In this document: positions 1 through 8,374 of the stretch, in pieces
Numbering within the stretch: position 1 is the stretch's first letter
Layout: each line of letters begins with the position of its first letter
DNA from: an uncultured Bacteroidales bacterium
GTDB lineage: Bacteria > Bacteroidota > Bacteroidia > Bacteroidales > CAZSJF01
Reading direction: 5' to 3'
NCBI GenBank assembly: GCA_964606705.1
Contig: CAZSJF010000003.1
Location: 1-35,314, forward strand
DNA: 35,314 nucleotides
Position numbers and translations under genes: made by a program
Notes under the pieces: generated by a model
The model's database searches: none
What the model was told of the DNA's origin: nothing
Seen by the model: only the letters and a program-made list of their open reading frames with translations

Positions 1-170
1 TGTGTTGGGTGTGTTTGGTGTGGTTTTTTGATGCCAAGATTTGAAATGGGATTAAAAAACGGTCAAGTCCTTCACTTTTGCATTTTCAAAGGGCAGAAAA
101 TGTTCGGAAAACAATTTGATGGTGACGAAAGAAATAAATTAGTTGACATCTTACTTAACAAAAACATTAA

Positions 171-518
171 TTGACTTTGACAGAAGAAATAAAAAACCAG
201 CTTTGCAAAATCATCAGAGGTCAACTGGAATTAGGAAAGACCAGAAATGAAATCATTGATTCATTATCCATGAAGGGATTTCATGTTAATGATATTACTG
301 AAGCCTATGATTTATGTAATACCGAAGTTCAACATAAGAAAAACAAAGGAGCTGTTGCATTCCTTGTTCTCGGGCTGGTGATGTTGTTAGTATCCATCAC
401 AACATGGGGAATATCATTCGGCAACTATTACTACGAAGAGAGATATTACTGGTGGGGAGGACTGGTGGGAGGAATATTTTTTAGTATTGTCGGATTGATA
501 AAATTTAATAAGAAGTAA
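171..518 (+). CDS. hypothetical small membrane protein
   Basis: 115-aa ORF not overlapped by a longer ORF. It has a soluble N-terminal ~60 aa, then two hydrophobic helices (AVAFLVLGLVMLLVSITTWGI; WWGGLVGGIFFSIVGLI). The start is TTG at 171 and the first ATG is codon 34, so the 5' end is uncertain. Confidence 0.4.
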   Translation: MTLTEEIKNQLCKIIRGQLELGKTRNEIIDSLSMKGFHVNDITEAYDLCNTEVQHKKNKGAVAFLVLGLVMLLVSITTWGISFGNYYYEERYYWWGGLVGGIFFSIVGLIKFNKK

Positions 519-545
519 TTTTCCCGGTACCTGGGGTTATGAAAA

Positions 546-2792
546 CTATTCCACAATGGTATTATGCGAAGCATTTAACCCCCACATTGTCCAGCCTGTA
601 ATGGTTTTATCAAGAGTATTTATTGATATAAGTTTTCCGTTATTATTACCCACGTATATCCATCCGTCACTGACAACAGGTTCTGTGCAGAAATCAGCAT
701 CGGTGGGGAAAGATTTTATTAGTTTTCCGTCTGAAGGGTTATAAATCTGTATTTCGCCGTTTGGTGCTGCAACTATTAATTTACCTCCTGCAATTACCGG
801 CATTACTGTTGTTTCATCATATTCCCCGTTAAGCATGTCAGACCATATAATAGAGCCGTCTGCAGGGCTTGAACAGATAAGGCGGTTTCCGATAATGTTA
901 TAATTTTTACCGCTGTAATAAACGGGGCGGCTGTCATTGAATTTCATGGTTACGCTTGCCGACTCGCCTGATATTTTTTCATATAATATTTTGCCTGAAA
1001 TTTCAGGGACCTGCTTTATTAATTTCAGTTTCTTATCATCATATATTGCCATAACTTTTTCCATGCTGTCAGGTTTCTTCTTTACAATCACAAAAATCTT
1101 ACCTTCTGCAACAGTGGGCGGTGTCAGAGCATAAGCTGCATCTGCTAAGTTCAGCATATCACCTGATTTTTCATCAAACTGATACAGTCTTCCCGACATT
1201 GTGGTAAGGTAGACTTTTCCGGAGGCGATTACCGGACATGCCAGAACTTCGGTGTCAATCCAGTTCTGCCATAATATTTTACCTGTTTTCAGGTCAAATG
1301 ATATAAGCACAAATTTATTTCCCGATTTATTATCTGGTGTATAAACAACAAGATCGTTGGGATAAACAGCAAATACTTTTCCGTTTGCAACCGATGGTGT
1401 TGAATAAATATAAGGGCCGAGCCATTTTGACCACAGTAAGTTTCCGGAATTTATATCTATCGCATATAAAGTACAGGACTCGGTATTTACAAGTACGACA
1501 TCCGAATCGCATACAGCCGAAGAAGCTCCGTTCTCAGCTAATTCCACACCCCATAAATTTTTGCCTGTCTTGGAATCGAAGCCGTAGAAATCAGGTGAGT
1601 AATATTCGTCACTCATGAATAATTTGTTTTTATATATAGCGGGAGAATTTGTTACTCCGCTGCTGTCAAAATCTATTTCAAAACCATTGTTTTTTCTTTT
1701 TATTTTCTTTTCATCAAAACCTATTCGTTTTATAGATACTTCCATAAATTCCGTTTTAAATCCTTTCATATCCCTTTTAGCCGTTCTGTAATGGTTCTCT
1801 ATTTTTTCCGAGCCCATATACTGGTATTCCACCTCAGTTGTGTGCAGGCTGGCATAATCGGTTTTTGTATAATCAAGAACATCTGCATCGCGTTCATACT
1901 GAAAATGGATATTGTATTTTTTCTTTTTGGGAACAAGAAATGCCGCTACGCCATTTTCGTTTGTCATTGCAGTATAGACTGTATTTTCGCCCATTACATT
2001 AAGATAAACTTTTTCGTTCAGCAGCGGTTTGCTTTCCAGGTCGGATACGAGAATATGTATGAAAGTCCTTGCAGATGTCGGGCCTGCATTTTCGGGCAAA
2101 ACCTGGCGGATAGTATCGTTTTTTATTGTCTCACTGACAATTGTCGGCGTATAGCTTAATCCTGCGGAAAGACTGAGGCCGGGACTCATATATAAAGTAT
2201 TAATAGGAAAGAAATTTTCAATGTCGTCAAAACCGACAGAATAATTATTGTTGAAAGGTACAATAAAATAAACCTTACCTTTTTCATTTGTTGCGGAAAC
2301 ATAAACTTTGTTTATTTTTTTGCATAACAGCCTTATAGGGTAATTTTTTAAAGGCAGGTTTTTATCGTTAAATACTGCAAGCTCGACGGATATTTCTGAT
2401 CCGGATGGCTCTGCAGATGAGGAATAATTCTGTTTAATAGTATCAGGAGCACTTATATTGCTGTTTGCAGACGGGTCATATTTTATTGTTTTCACTACGG
2501 CGCCTGAATATTTCGAAGGAATAACTATCTCAGAATGGTTTGGCTTATCGCTGAAATTAACAGTATAGGTTTTACCGGGTTTTACGACAAATGAAACTTT
2601 TCCTTTGTTATCTGAAACCCCTTTAAGCTGCGATGCATCATCTTTTGCCGTTAAGTCGATCTCAGTGTAAAGAACAGGTTCATTATTGCTGTTCACAATC
2701 TTTATAAATAAATTCACCTTGTCAATATCGTAACTCTGGGAATAAATAATTGTATTAAACAATAACAGTGTGCTTAAAAAAAATATTCGCAT
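546..2792 (-). CDS. secreted protein with N-terminal carboxypeptidase-regulatory-like beta-sandwich repeats and a C-terminal PQQ-like/BamB-like beta-propeller
   Basis: 748-aa ORF with signal peptide MRIFFLSTLLLFNTIIYSQS. The N-terminal half has repeated units ending in GKVSFVVKPGKTYTVNF, GKVYFIVPFNNNYSVGF and NGVAAFLVPKKKKYNIHF. The C-terminal ~370 aa has recurring blades such as SGNLLWSKW..STPSVANGKVFAV, TGKILWQNW..CPVIASGKVYLTT and DGSIIWSD..MPVIAGGKLIVA. There is no T9SS C-terminal domain. Confidence 0.65.
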   Translation of the reverse strand: MRIFFLSTLLLFNTIIYSQSYDIDKVNLFIKIVNSNNEPVLYTEIDLTAKDDASQLKGVSDNKGKVSFVVKPGKTYTVNFSDKPNHSEIVIPSKYSGAVVKTIKYDPSANSNISAPDTIKQNYSSSAEPSGSEISVELAVFNDKNLPLKNYPIRLLCKKINKVYVSATNEKGKVYFIVPFNNNYSVGFDDIENFFPINTLYMSPGLSLSAGLSYTPTIVSETIKNDTIRQVLPENAGPTSARTFIHILVSDLESKPLLNEKVYLNVMGENTVYTAMTNENGVAAFLVPKKKKYNIHFQYERDADVLDYTKTDYASLHTTEVEYQYMGSEKIENHYRTAKRDMKGFKTEFMEVSIKRIGFDEKKIKRKNNGFEIDFDSSGVTNSPAIYKNKLFMSDEYYSPDFYGFDSKTGKNLWGVELAENGASSAVCDSDVVLVNTESCTLYAIDINSGNLLWSKWLGPYIYSTPSVANGKVFAVYPNDLVVYTPDNKSGNKFVLISFDLKTGKILWQNWIDTEVLACPVIASGKVYLTTMSGRLYQFDEKSGDMLNLADAAYALTPPTVAEGKIFVIVKKKPDSMEKVMAIYDDKKLKLIKQVPEISGKILYEKISGESASVTMKFNDSRPVYYSGKNYNIIGNRLICSSPADGSIIWSDMLNGEYDETTVMPVIAGGKLIVAAPNGEIQIYNPSDGKLIKSFPTDADFCTEPVVSDGWIYVGNNNGKLISINTLDKTITGWTMWGLNASHNTIVE

Positions 2793-2936
2793 AAATTTTG
2801 TGTTTAAGATTTTTAAATGAGAATTATGCTATGTGGTTTTAATCTTGTGCAAATTTAATACTTTTATACAAAAGATATATAGTAATGTTTTTTTATTATT
2901 TTTGTATAGCTGTTAAAATTATAAATCATATAAATT

Positions 2937-3812
2937 ATGAAATCAGGTAATAAAAAATCAAATGATTTAAAAAACAGGTTAAAGTCATACTCGGCAGTAG
3001 CTGGCGGGCTTGCAGCTTTTGCACCAATAGCAGGTGCGCAGATAGTTTATACAGATTTAGATCCTGATGTTAACATATTAGGGTCCACATATTTCCTGGA
3101 TCTGAATAATGATGGCGATAAAGAGTTTTATATTTTTCAAAATCATTTTGTTGGCACTGACATTGTTTATTCTATGGATGCAGTAATGGTAAATTTTTAC
3201 GATGATGATAATAATAAATTTTTGATTGATTTATTCCCTTTTGGTACATCATATTTTAATTTAGTACTTGCATTGAATCAAGGTGACACAATTGATAATA
3301 ATCAAACTATATGGGATTCACATGGTATGTTGAATGCTCAGGGGACGCACGAGTCATTGCCTCTTGATCTTGGCCACTGGCGGGGAGTTTCAGATAAATA
3401 TATAGGATTCAGGTTTCACATTGGTTCTAATGTGCATTATGGCTGGGCCAGATTATCTGTTAATGCGGGCGCTTCTTTCGCAACCATAAAGGACTATGCT
3501 TATAACAGCGATCCCGATAGTATAAATAGTTTTATATTGGCCGGGCAAACTATTGTTGGGTTAAATAATCATTCTGCCGATAATGAATTTAATGTATACT
3601 CTTTTAATAAAAAACTTGTTGTTGAATGCGAAAACGAAAATGTGAAAAATACAGTAATAAGCATATTCAATACCACGGGTCAGGAAGTAAAGCAGATACA
3701 GATCAATAATAAGAGGACTGAAATAGATATGAACGATATTACATCTGGCATTTATCTTGTGAGGTTGATGAATGAGAACGGTACTTTTTCCAGGAAAATC
3801 AGTATTAATTGA
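2937..3812 (+). CDS. T9SS C-terminal-sorting-domain cargo protein, tandem paralog 1 of 3
   Basis: 291-aa ORF with a signal peptide that has a long basic n-region (..LKSYSAVAGGLAAFAPIAGA/QIVYTD). It has a DLNNDGDKEF calcium-loop-like motif and the conserved blocks LALNQGDTIDNNQ, GHWRGVSDKYIGFRF and HYGWARLSV. The C-terminus (SIFNTTGQEV..GIYLVRLMNENGTFSRKISIN) is typical of type A T9SS CTDs. Confidence 0.75.
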   Translation: MKSGNKKSNDLKNRLKSYSAVAGGLAAFAPIAGAQIVYTDLDPDVNILGSTYFLDLNNDGDKEFYIFQNHFVGTDIVYSMDAVMVNFYDDDNNKFLIDLFPFGTSYFNLVLALNQGDTIDNNQTIWDSHGMLNAQGTHESLPLDLGHWRGVSDKYIGFRFHIGSNVHYGWARLSVNAGASFATIKDYAYNSDPDSINSFILAGQTIVGLNNHSADNEFNVYSFNKKLVVECENENVKNTVISIFNTTGQEVKQIQINNKRTEIDMNDITSGIYLVRLMNENGTFSRKISIN

Positions 3813-3853
3813 TTACTTTTGCAACAATGTAAAGAATAAATTATAAAGAAAAT

Positions 3854-4726
3854 ATGAGTAAAACAAATGCCAAAAAATCAATAGATTTAAAAAGGAAGAT
3901 AAAAGCATATTCAGCAATAACTGGCGGGCTTGTAGCTCTTACACCAATGGCAAATGCGCAGATAGTTTACACAGACATAGAGCCGGATACCAGTATTACT
4001 GAAATAGATTCTACCTATTTATTGGATTTGAATAATGATGGTATTAAAGATTTTGGAATAATGCAATTGTTTAAAGAAGAAACATCGCCGGTGGCTTCTC
4101 TAGAAGAATTAGCATTATTTGATTCTATTGGTGATAATAAAGTTTTAGTTGATTATTTGCCATTTGGTACATCGGTTGGAAATTTCGCGCTTGCATTAAA
4201 CCAGGGTGATACGATTGACAACGACCAGGTAATATGGAAAACTTATTGCGTTTTACAAGCTGCCGGTACATACAATTCAGCCCCTGCCAATATCGGGCAT
4301 TGGGGAGGTGTTTCAGATAAATATCTCGGATTTAAATTTGATATTAGTTCCACTTGGCATTATGGCTGGGCAAGATTATCTGTTAATACAGAAGCTACCG
4401 TTGCAACTATAAAAGACTATGCATACAACACTGTTGCCGATGAAATGATATTGGCAGGACAAACTGTAGTAGGAATAAATAATATACCTGCCGGCAATGA
4501 ATTTGATGTTTACTCTTTTAACAAAAAAATGGTTGTTGATTGCGGAAACAGAGATATGAAAAATGCCACCTTAAGTATATTCAATACTGCAGGGCAACAG
4601 GTGAAACAATTGCAGATTAACAGCAGGAGAACGGAAATAGAAATGAATGATACTCCGGCTGGTATCTATTTTGTAAGGTTAATGAATGAAAATGGTACTT
4701 TTTCCAGAAAAATAAATATCAATTGA
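3854..4726 (+). CDS. T9SS C-terminal-sorting-domain cargo protein, tandem paralog 2 of 3
   Basis: 290-aa ORF that is collinear with 2937..3812 and shares its conserved blocks. The C-terminus is SIFNTAGQQV..GIYFVRLMNENGTFSRKININ. Only 41 nt separate it from the previous gene. Confidence 0.75.
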   Translation: MSKTNAKKSIDLKRKIKAYSAITGGLVALTPMANAQIVYTDIEPDTSITEIDSTYLLDLNNDGIKDFGIMQLFKEETSPVASLEELALFDSIGDNKVLVDYLPFGTSVGNFALALNQGDTIDNDQVIWKTYCVLQAAGTYNSAPANIGHWGGVSDKYLGFKFDISSTWHYGWARLSVNTEATVATIKDYAYNTVADEMILAGQTVVGINNIPAGNEFDVYSFNKKMVVDCGNRDMKNATLSIFNTAGQQVKQLQINSRRTEIEMNDTPAGIYFVRLMNENGTFSRKININ

Positions 4727-4753
4727 AAGGTTTTTTGATTATTTTTACATGAT

Positions 4754-5620
4754 ATGAAAAAATCGGACAATAGTAAATCAAATGATTTTAAGAACAGGCT
4801 GAAATCATATTCATCAGTAGCTGCGGGACTTGCAGCTTTCACCCCGGTGGCAAATGCACAGATCATTTATACAGACATAGACCCTGATGTCAATATCTCA
4901 AACTCTTCTTATTTACTGGATTTGAATAATGACGGCACTGAAGATTTTCGAATTACTCAGAATGGCAGTAGTTCTTATTCAATGGATGGGGTTGCTGTAT
5001 ATGCTTACCAAAGCAATGCAAATAAATTGCTGATTGATAAAATCCAGTTTGGTTATTATAGTTATAGTGTAAATGCGGCTCTTGCATTGAATCAGGGAGA
5101 TACAATTGATAATAATCAACCTATGTGGGGTGCATTCGGTGGTTTGAATGCTCATGGCATATATAATTCAGCACCTTTGGATATTGGCCATTGGAAAAGT
5201 CTTTCAGATAAGTATATTGGATTTAAATTTGTAATTGATTCTGATCTGCATTATGGCTGGGCAAGATTAAATGTTACCCCTGATGCTACTAGTGCAACGA
5301 TTAAAGATTATGCATATAACAGTATTCCCGATGAAATGATAATGGCAGGACAGACTGGCAGTGCCGGAATAAACAAATATTCTGCCGGCAATGAGTTTAA
5401 TGTATACTCTTTTAATAAAAAATTGGTGATTGATTGTGGGAACAGTGATATAAAAAATACTGTTGTAAGTATATTCAATACCACAGGACAGCAGATAAAA
5501 CAAATGCAGATTAACAGCATGAGAACAGAAGTAGATATGAGTGATATTCCATCTGGCATTTATTTTGTCAGATTAATGAATGAAAACGGAATTTTTTCCA
5601 GGAGAATCAGTATTAATTAG
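4754..5620 (+). CDS. T9SS C-terminal-sorting-domain cargo protein, tandem paralog 3 of 3
   Basis: 288-aa ORF collinear with the two preceding genes. The C-terminus is SIFNTTGQQI..GIYFVRLMNENGIFSRRISIN. Only 27 nt separate it from the previous gene. Confidence 0.75.
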   Translation: MKKSDNSKSNDFKNRLKSYSSVAAGLAAFTPVANAQIIYTDIDPDVNISNSSYLLDLNNDGTEDFRITQNGSSSYSMDGVAVYAYQSNANKLLIDKIQFGYYSYSVNAALALNQGDTIDNNQPMWGAFGGLNAHGIYNSAPLDIGHWKSLSDKYIGFKFVIDSDLHYGWARLNVTPDATSATIKDYAYNSIPDEMIMAGQTGSAGINKYSAGNEFNVYSFNKKLVIDCGNSDIKNTVVSIFNTTGQQIKQMQINSMRTEVDMSDIPSGIYFVRLMNENGIFSRRISIN

Positions 5621-5654
5621 ATGTTAATGAAATCAGGTTTATAAGATTTTGGCA

Positions 5655-6653
5655 TCATTCAATCAGGACTTTTTCAATCTTTATATTATCTCTGTCAGTA
5701 AATTTTAAGAAATACATTCCTTTGGGATAACTGCTTATATCTATCTGCCTTTGATTATTTCCTGTTAACCTTTCCCTGAAAATGATTTTTCCTTCGGTGT
5801 TGAATATTTCCAGATCAGCATCTTTGTCTGTAAATACATTAATTATACCGCCAGATGGATTCGGGTATATGGAAAAATACGTGTCTTTATTATCAGGAAT
5901 ACTTGTACAGGTGTCAACAGTAACAACAATATTATCACTGTCTGTATGGCCCATAAGTTGAACAGTTACTGAATATGTTGTAGTTGCAGTAGGTGTTTCT
6001 GTTATCTGATATGTAGTAGCTCCTGTATTCCATGAATAACTGCAGCCTACGTCCCCTGCCGTCAAAATAATTGAATTCCCTGAACATATTGTAGTGTCAG
6101 GACCCAGATCAGCGTCATTATTAATAACAGTTACAAAAACAAAATCATCATCCGAGCAGCCTTTATTGTCTGTTGCTGTTACTGTATAGATTGCAGATGT
6201 AGATGGTTTTACCATTATTGCTGAATTTGATTCTCCTGTATTCCACAGATAAGTGCCGTCAACACCGGCACCACTTGCCATTAAGAATGCATTACATGAA
6301 GGATTTTTACAAATTGTCTGTTCGCTTCCTGCCTCGGCAGTTGGTAAAGAATTAACGGTAACAACAACTTCATCACTTGCTGTGCAAGAAGATTCAGTGG
6401 TTATGGTTACCGAATAAGTTGTAGTGATTGTGGGGCTGACAGTTATTGTCGGTGTTGTTGCGGATGTACTCCATTGGTAATACAACACAAATGCCCCGCC
6501 ATTTGCGATTAATGTTATTGTGTCGTTAAGGCAGACAGATGTATCCGGACCTAGATTTACCTGGCATAGTGCCAGTGGTTCCTGAGACTGTCCCCATGTA
6601 ATAAAATTACACGTCAGGAAGATAATACATAGCAATAATTTAAGTTTTTTCAT
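5655..6653 (-). CDS. T9SS cargo protein with three Cys-bracketed Ig-like repeats
   Basis: 332-aa ORF with signal peptide MKKLKLLLCIIFLTCNFITWGQ. It carries three ~75-aa repeats of the form C..(I/L)(T/M)ASGG..Y.W(S/N)TG....I.V.P..TTTY.VTV....C...D.V.VTV. The CTD is IYPNPSGGIINVF..LEIFNTEGKII..GMYFLKFTD. Confidence 0.7.
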   Translation of the reverse strand: MKKLKLLLCIIFLTCNFITWGQSQEPLALCQVNLGPDTSVCLNDTITLIANGGAFVLYYQWSTSATTPTITVSPTITTTYSVTITTESSCTASDEVVVTVNSLPTAEAGSEQTICKNPSCNAFLMASGAGVDGTYLWNTGESNSAIMVKPSTSAIYTVTATDNKGCSDDDFVFVTVINNDADLGPDTTICSGNSIILTAGDVGCSYSWNTGATTYQITETPTATTTYSVTVQLMGHTDSDNIVVTVDTCTSIPDNKDTYFSIYPNPSGGIINVFTDKDADLEIFNTEGKIIFRERLTGNNQRQIDISSYPKGMYFLKFTDRDNIKIEKVLIE

Positions 6654-6749
6654 AGGTCAATTTTTTATTTCAATGCAAAATTAACTTAAAAAATAATACT
6701 AATCAATAGCTATAAATAGTTGGTTTTGTTTTGTGGCTGAAATAAAATA

Positions 6750-6850
6750 GGGGCACTACGTATTGGGGCACTTCGATACTTCGGCCACGCCTGCCAAAGT
6801 ACTTTGTACGGCGGGCAGGCTCCGCTCAGTATCCTCAAGCGTAGTGTCCC
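6750..6850. repeat. GC-rich nested imperfect palindrome (REP/MITE-like structured intergenic element)
   Basis: The outer arms GGGGCACTACG (6750-6760) and CGTAGTGTCCC (6840-6850) pair with one G/A discrepancy. The middle arms are GATACT (6775-6780) and AGTATC (6829-6834). The inner arms are GCCTGCC (6789-6795) and GGCAGGC (6814-6820), enclosing the perfect 12-nt palindrome CAAAGTACTTTG (6795-6806). It shares the words GGGACACT, ACTGAGCGGAG and TCGAAGTG(T)CCC with the hairpin at 20661..20690. Confidence 0.6.
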
Positions 6851-6869
6851 AAGTACAATATGCAGTTTT

Positions 6870-8240
6870 TTAATGGTATAATCTTACGAATTTCCTGTTA
6901 TACATTAAATTTTCTTCAGGTGATGTAATATTTAAAGAGTAAACACCTTGTGGTAAAGTATTCACAGGTAATATTATGGTGTGCTTTCCTGAAGGGAAAT
7001 CGGATATTTGTTCGCTTATTTTTTGCCCGACAATATCATAAACAATAAATGCCAGTTTTTCCGGTTTCAGCAGGTTGATATCTATATGCAGTTCCTGATC
7101 CACCGGGTTTGGATAAAGATCACTTATAATGGAACTTTTTAAATGGTTGTCATTTATAGAATTGTTAGGGAGCATGATGATGTCAGCATCATATTTGTTG
7201 CTTTGAAGGTATATAGACGTTGCATTACCCCAGTCCGGAACATTTCCGAAAAAGGTAGGAGAGTATTCACCGTAATGAATGGAGTTTTCAGTTAATATTA
7301 CTTTAACTTTATAATAAGCTTCCATTATATTGAAGAAATAAAAATATCCTAAAGTGTCAATAATAAAACTGTCAAGAGGCTCAGTTTCTATATCACTCCT
7401 GTAAAGGTATGCTTTCCCGTAGTCAATAGGGAACAGGTCGGCGAATACCTGTCCGCCTAAAAGAATCCAGCAGTTATATGTGGTTGCAACGACTATCTCA
7501 TCATAATCGGTGCAGCCATTTATGTCTGTTACTGTTACGGTATAGGTAGTTGTAACATCAGGATATACATTAATATACTCGGTTGTATCTTGTGTATTCC
7601 ATAAGTATGTTTCGCCGCCTGAAGCGGTGAGGGTAATTGTATCCCAGTTGCAGATTGTTTGGTCTAATCCTGCATTAGCAGTTGGCGGTGGATATACATA
7701 TACGAAGATAGTATCTTCATCTGAATTTAAACATATATTTTCTGTTACCGTTACAATAAATGATGTATCTGTTGCCGGTGATACGGTGATGGATGCCGTC
7801 GTATCCCCTGTGCTCCATGAATATTCTGTTCCTCCTGAGGCTGTAAGTATTATGTCCATGCTTTTGCATGTTGACGTGTCACCCCCTGCATCGGCTGTTG
7901 GCATGGGATTTACGTATATAATGATTATATCACTGGCAGTACAACTATTATTATCTGTAATTGTAACTGTATATGTTGTCGTTACTGTTGGATATACAGA
8001 TATAGTATTAGAATCTAATATTGTTGTATCAGTACTCCATTTATAATCTATTGGATATTGTGTTGAATCTGTAACAGCATTCAGAAAAACTTCCTGTCCC
8101 GGGCAAATGGGGTCACCAAGGGAATCGTAAGATGAAAATATAGTAACGTTGCACTGTGACCATGCTATGCCTGCATTTAACATGAAAAATATAAATAGCA
8201 GTAATTTGATTGTCCGGTTTCTTTTGAGAGCTTCTTTCAT
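6870..8240 (-). CDS. T9SS cargo protein with three Cys-bracketed Ig-like repeats plus a beta-sandwich domain
   Basis: 456-aa ORF with a signal peptide (LLLFIFFMLNAGIAWSQ). It has three repeats of the same family as 5655..6653, for example ILTASGGTEYSWSTGDTTASITVSP and TLTASGGETYLWNTQDTTEYINVYPDVTTTYTVTVTDINGC. The CTD is LYPNPVDQELHIDI..VYDIVGQKI..GVYSLNIT. Confidence 0.7.
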   Translation of the reverse strand: MKEALKRNRTIKLLLFIFFMLNAGIAWSQCNVTIFSSYDSLGDPICPGQEVFLNAVTDSTQYPIDYKWSTDTTILDSNTISVYPTVTTTYTVTITDNNSCTASDIIIIYVNPMPTADAGGDTSTCKSMDIILTASGGTEYSWSTGDTTASITVSPATDTSFIVTVTENICLNSDEDTIFVYVYPPPTANAGLDQTICNWDTITLTASGGETYLWNTQDTTEYINVYPDVTTTYTVTVTDINGCTDYDEIVVATTYNCWILLGGQVFADLFPIDYGKAYLYRSDIETEPLDSFIIDTLGYFYFFNIMEAYYKVKVILTENSIHYGEYSPTFFGNVPDWGNATSIYLQSNKYDADIIMLPNNSINDNHLKSSIISDLYPNPVDQELHIDINLLKPEKLAFIVYDIVGQKISEQISDFPSGKHTIILPVNTLPQGVYSLNITSPEENLMYNRKFVRLYH

Positions 8241-8314
8241 ATGTCGGATAAATTATCGGGTAAAGTTATAAATTTTATCATTCATTTTACAATTAAAATT
8301 TTGATTTTTAATCT

Positions 8315-8349
8315 AAAAAGGACAGCATGGTAAAATCCACACTGTCCTT
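8315..8349 (-). terminator. putative intrinsic terminator downstream of 8375..9754
   Basis: On the minus strand the sequence reads AAGGACAG-(16-nt loop)-CTGTCCTT followed by TTTAG. The stem is 8318-8325 paired with 8342-8349. The sequence is identical to the copy at 10057..10095, but the U-tract here is shorter. Confidence 0.45.
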
Positions 8350-8374
8350 ACGAACTAAGTTAAATTAATGGAAA

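Noticed and set aside
1-30. A G/T-rich run (TGTGTTGGGTGTGTTTGGTGTGGTTTTTT) at the window edge.
   Set aside because: It is truncated by the window boundary. It could be the tail of a terminator or repeat, but nothing can be concluded from 30 nt.
519-545. CCCGGTACCTGGGG between the convergent genes 171..518 and 546..2792 as a bidirectional terminator.
   Set aside because: The stem is only 3-5 bp and imperfect, and there are no flanking T/A runs. It is too weak to annotate.
3813-3853. TTTTGCAACAATG upstream of 3854 as a seventh ECF-type site.
   Set aside because: The -35-like word is GCAACA rather than GCAACC. It lacks the T-run and has no TCT(T/A) element at the right spacing.
7627-8046. Antisense or overlapping ORFs in the six-frame track. 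Examples are 556..744, 1337..1618, 1791..2159, 7627..8046, 9208..9486, 10137..10412, 13121..13405, 13514..13750, 25574..25981, 26348..26811, 30249..30749, 31860..32837, 33377..33703 and 33747..35012.
   Set aside because: Each lies wholly inside or antisense to a longer ORF that has clear family motifs. Their translations are low-complexity or hydrophobic, as expected from reading AT-rich genes in the wrong frame.
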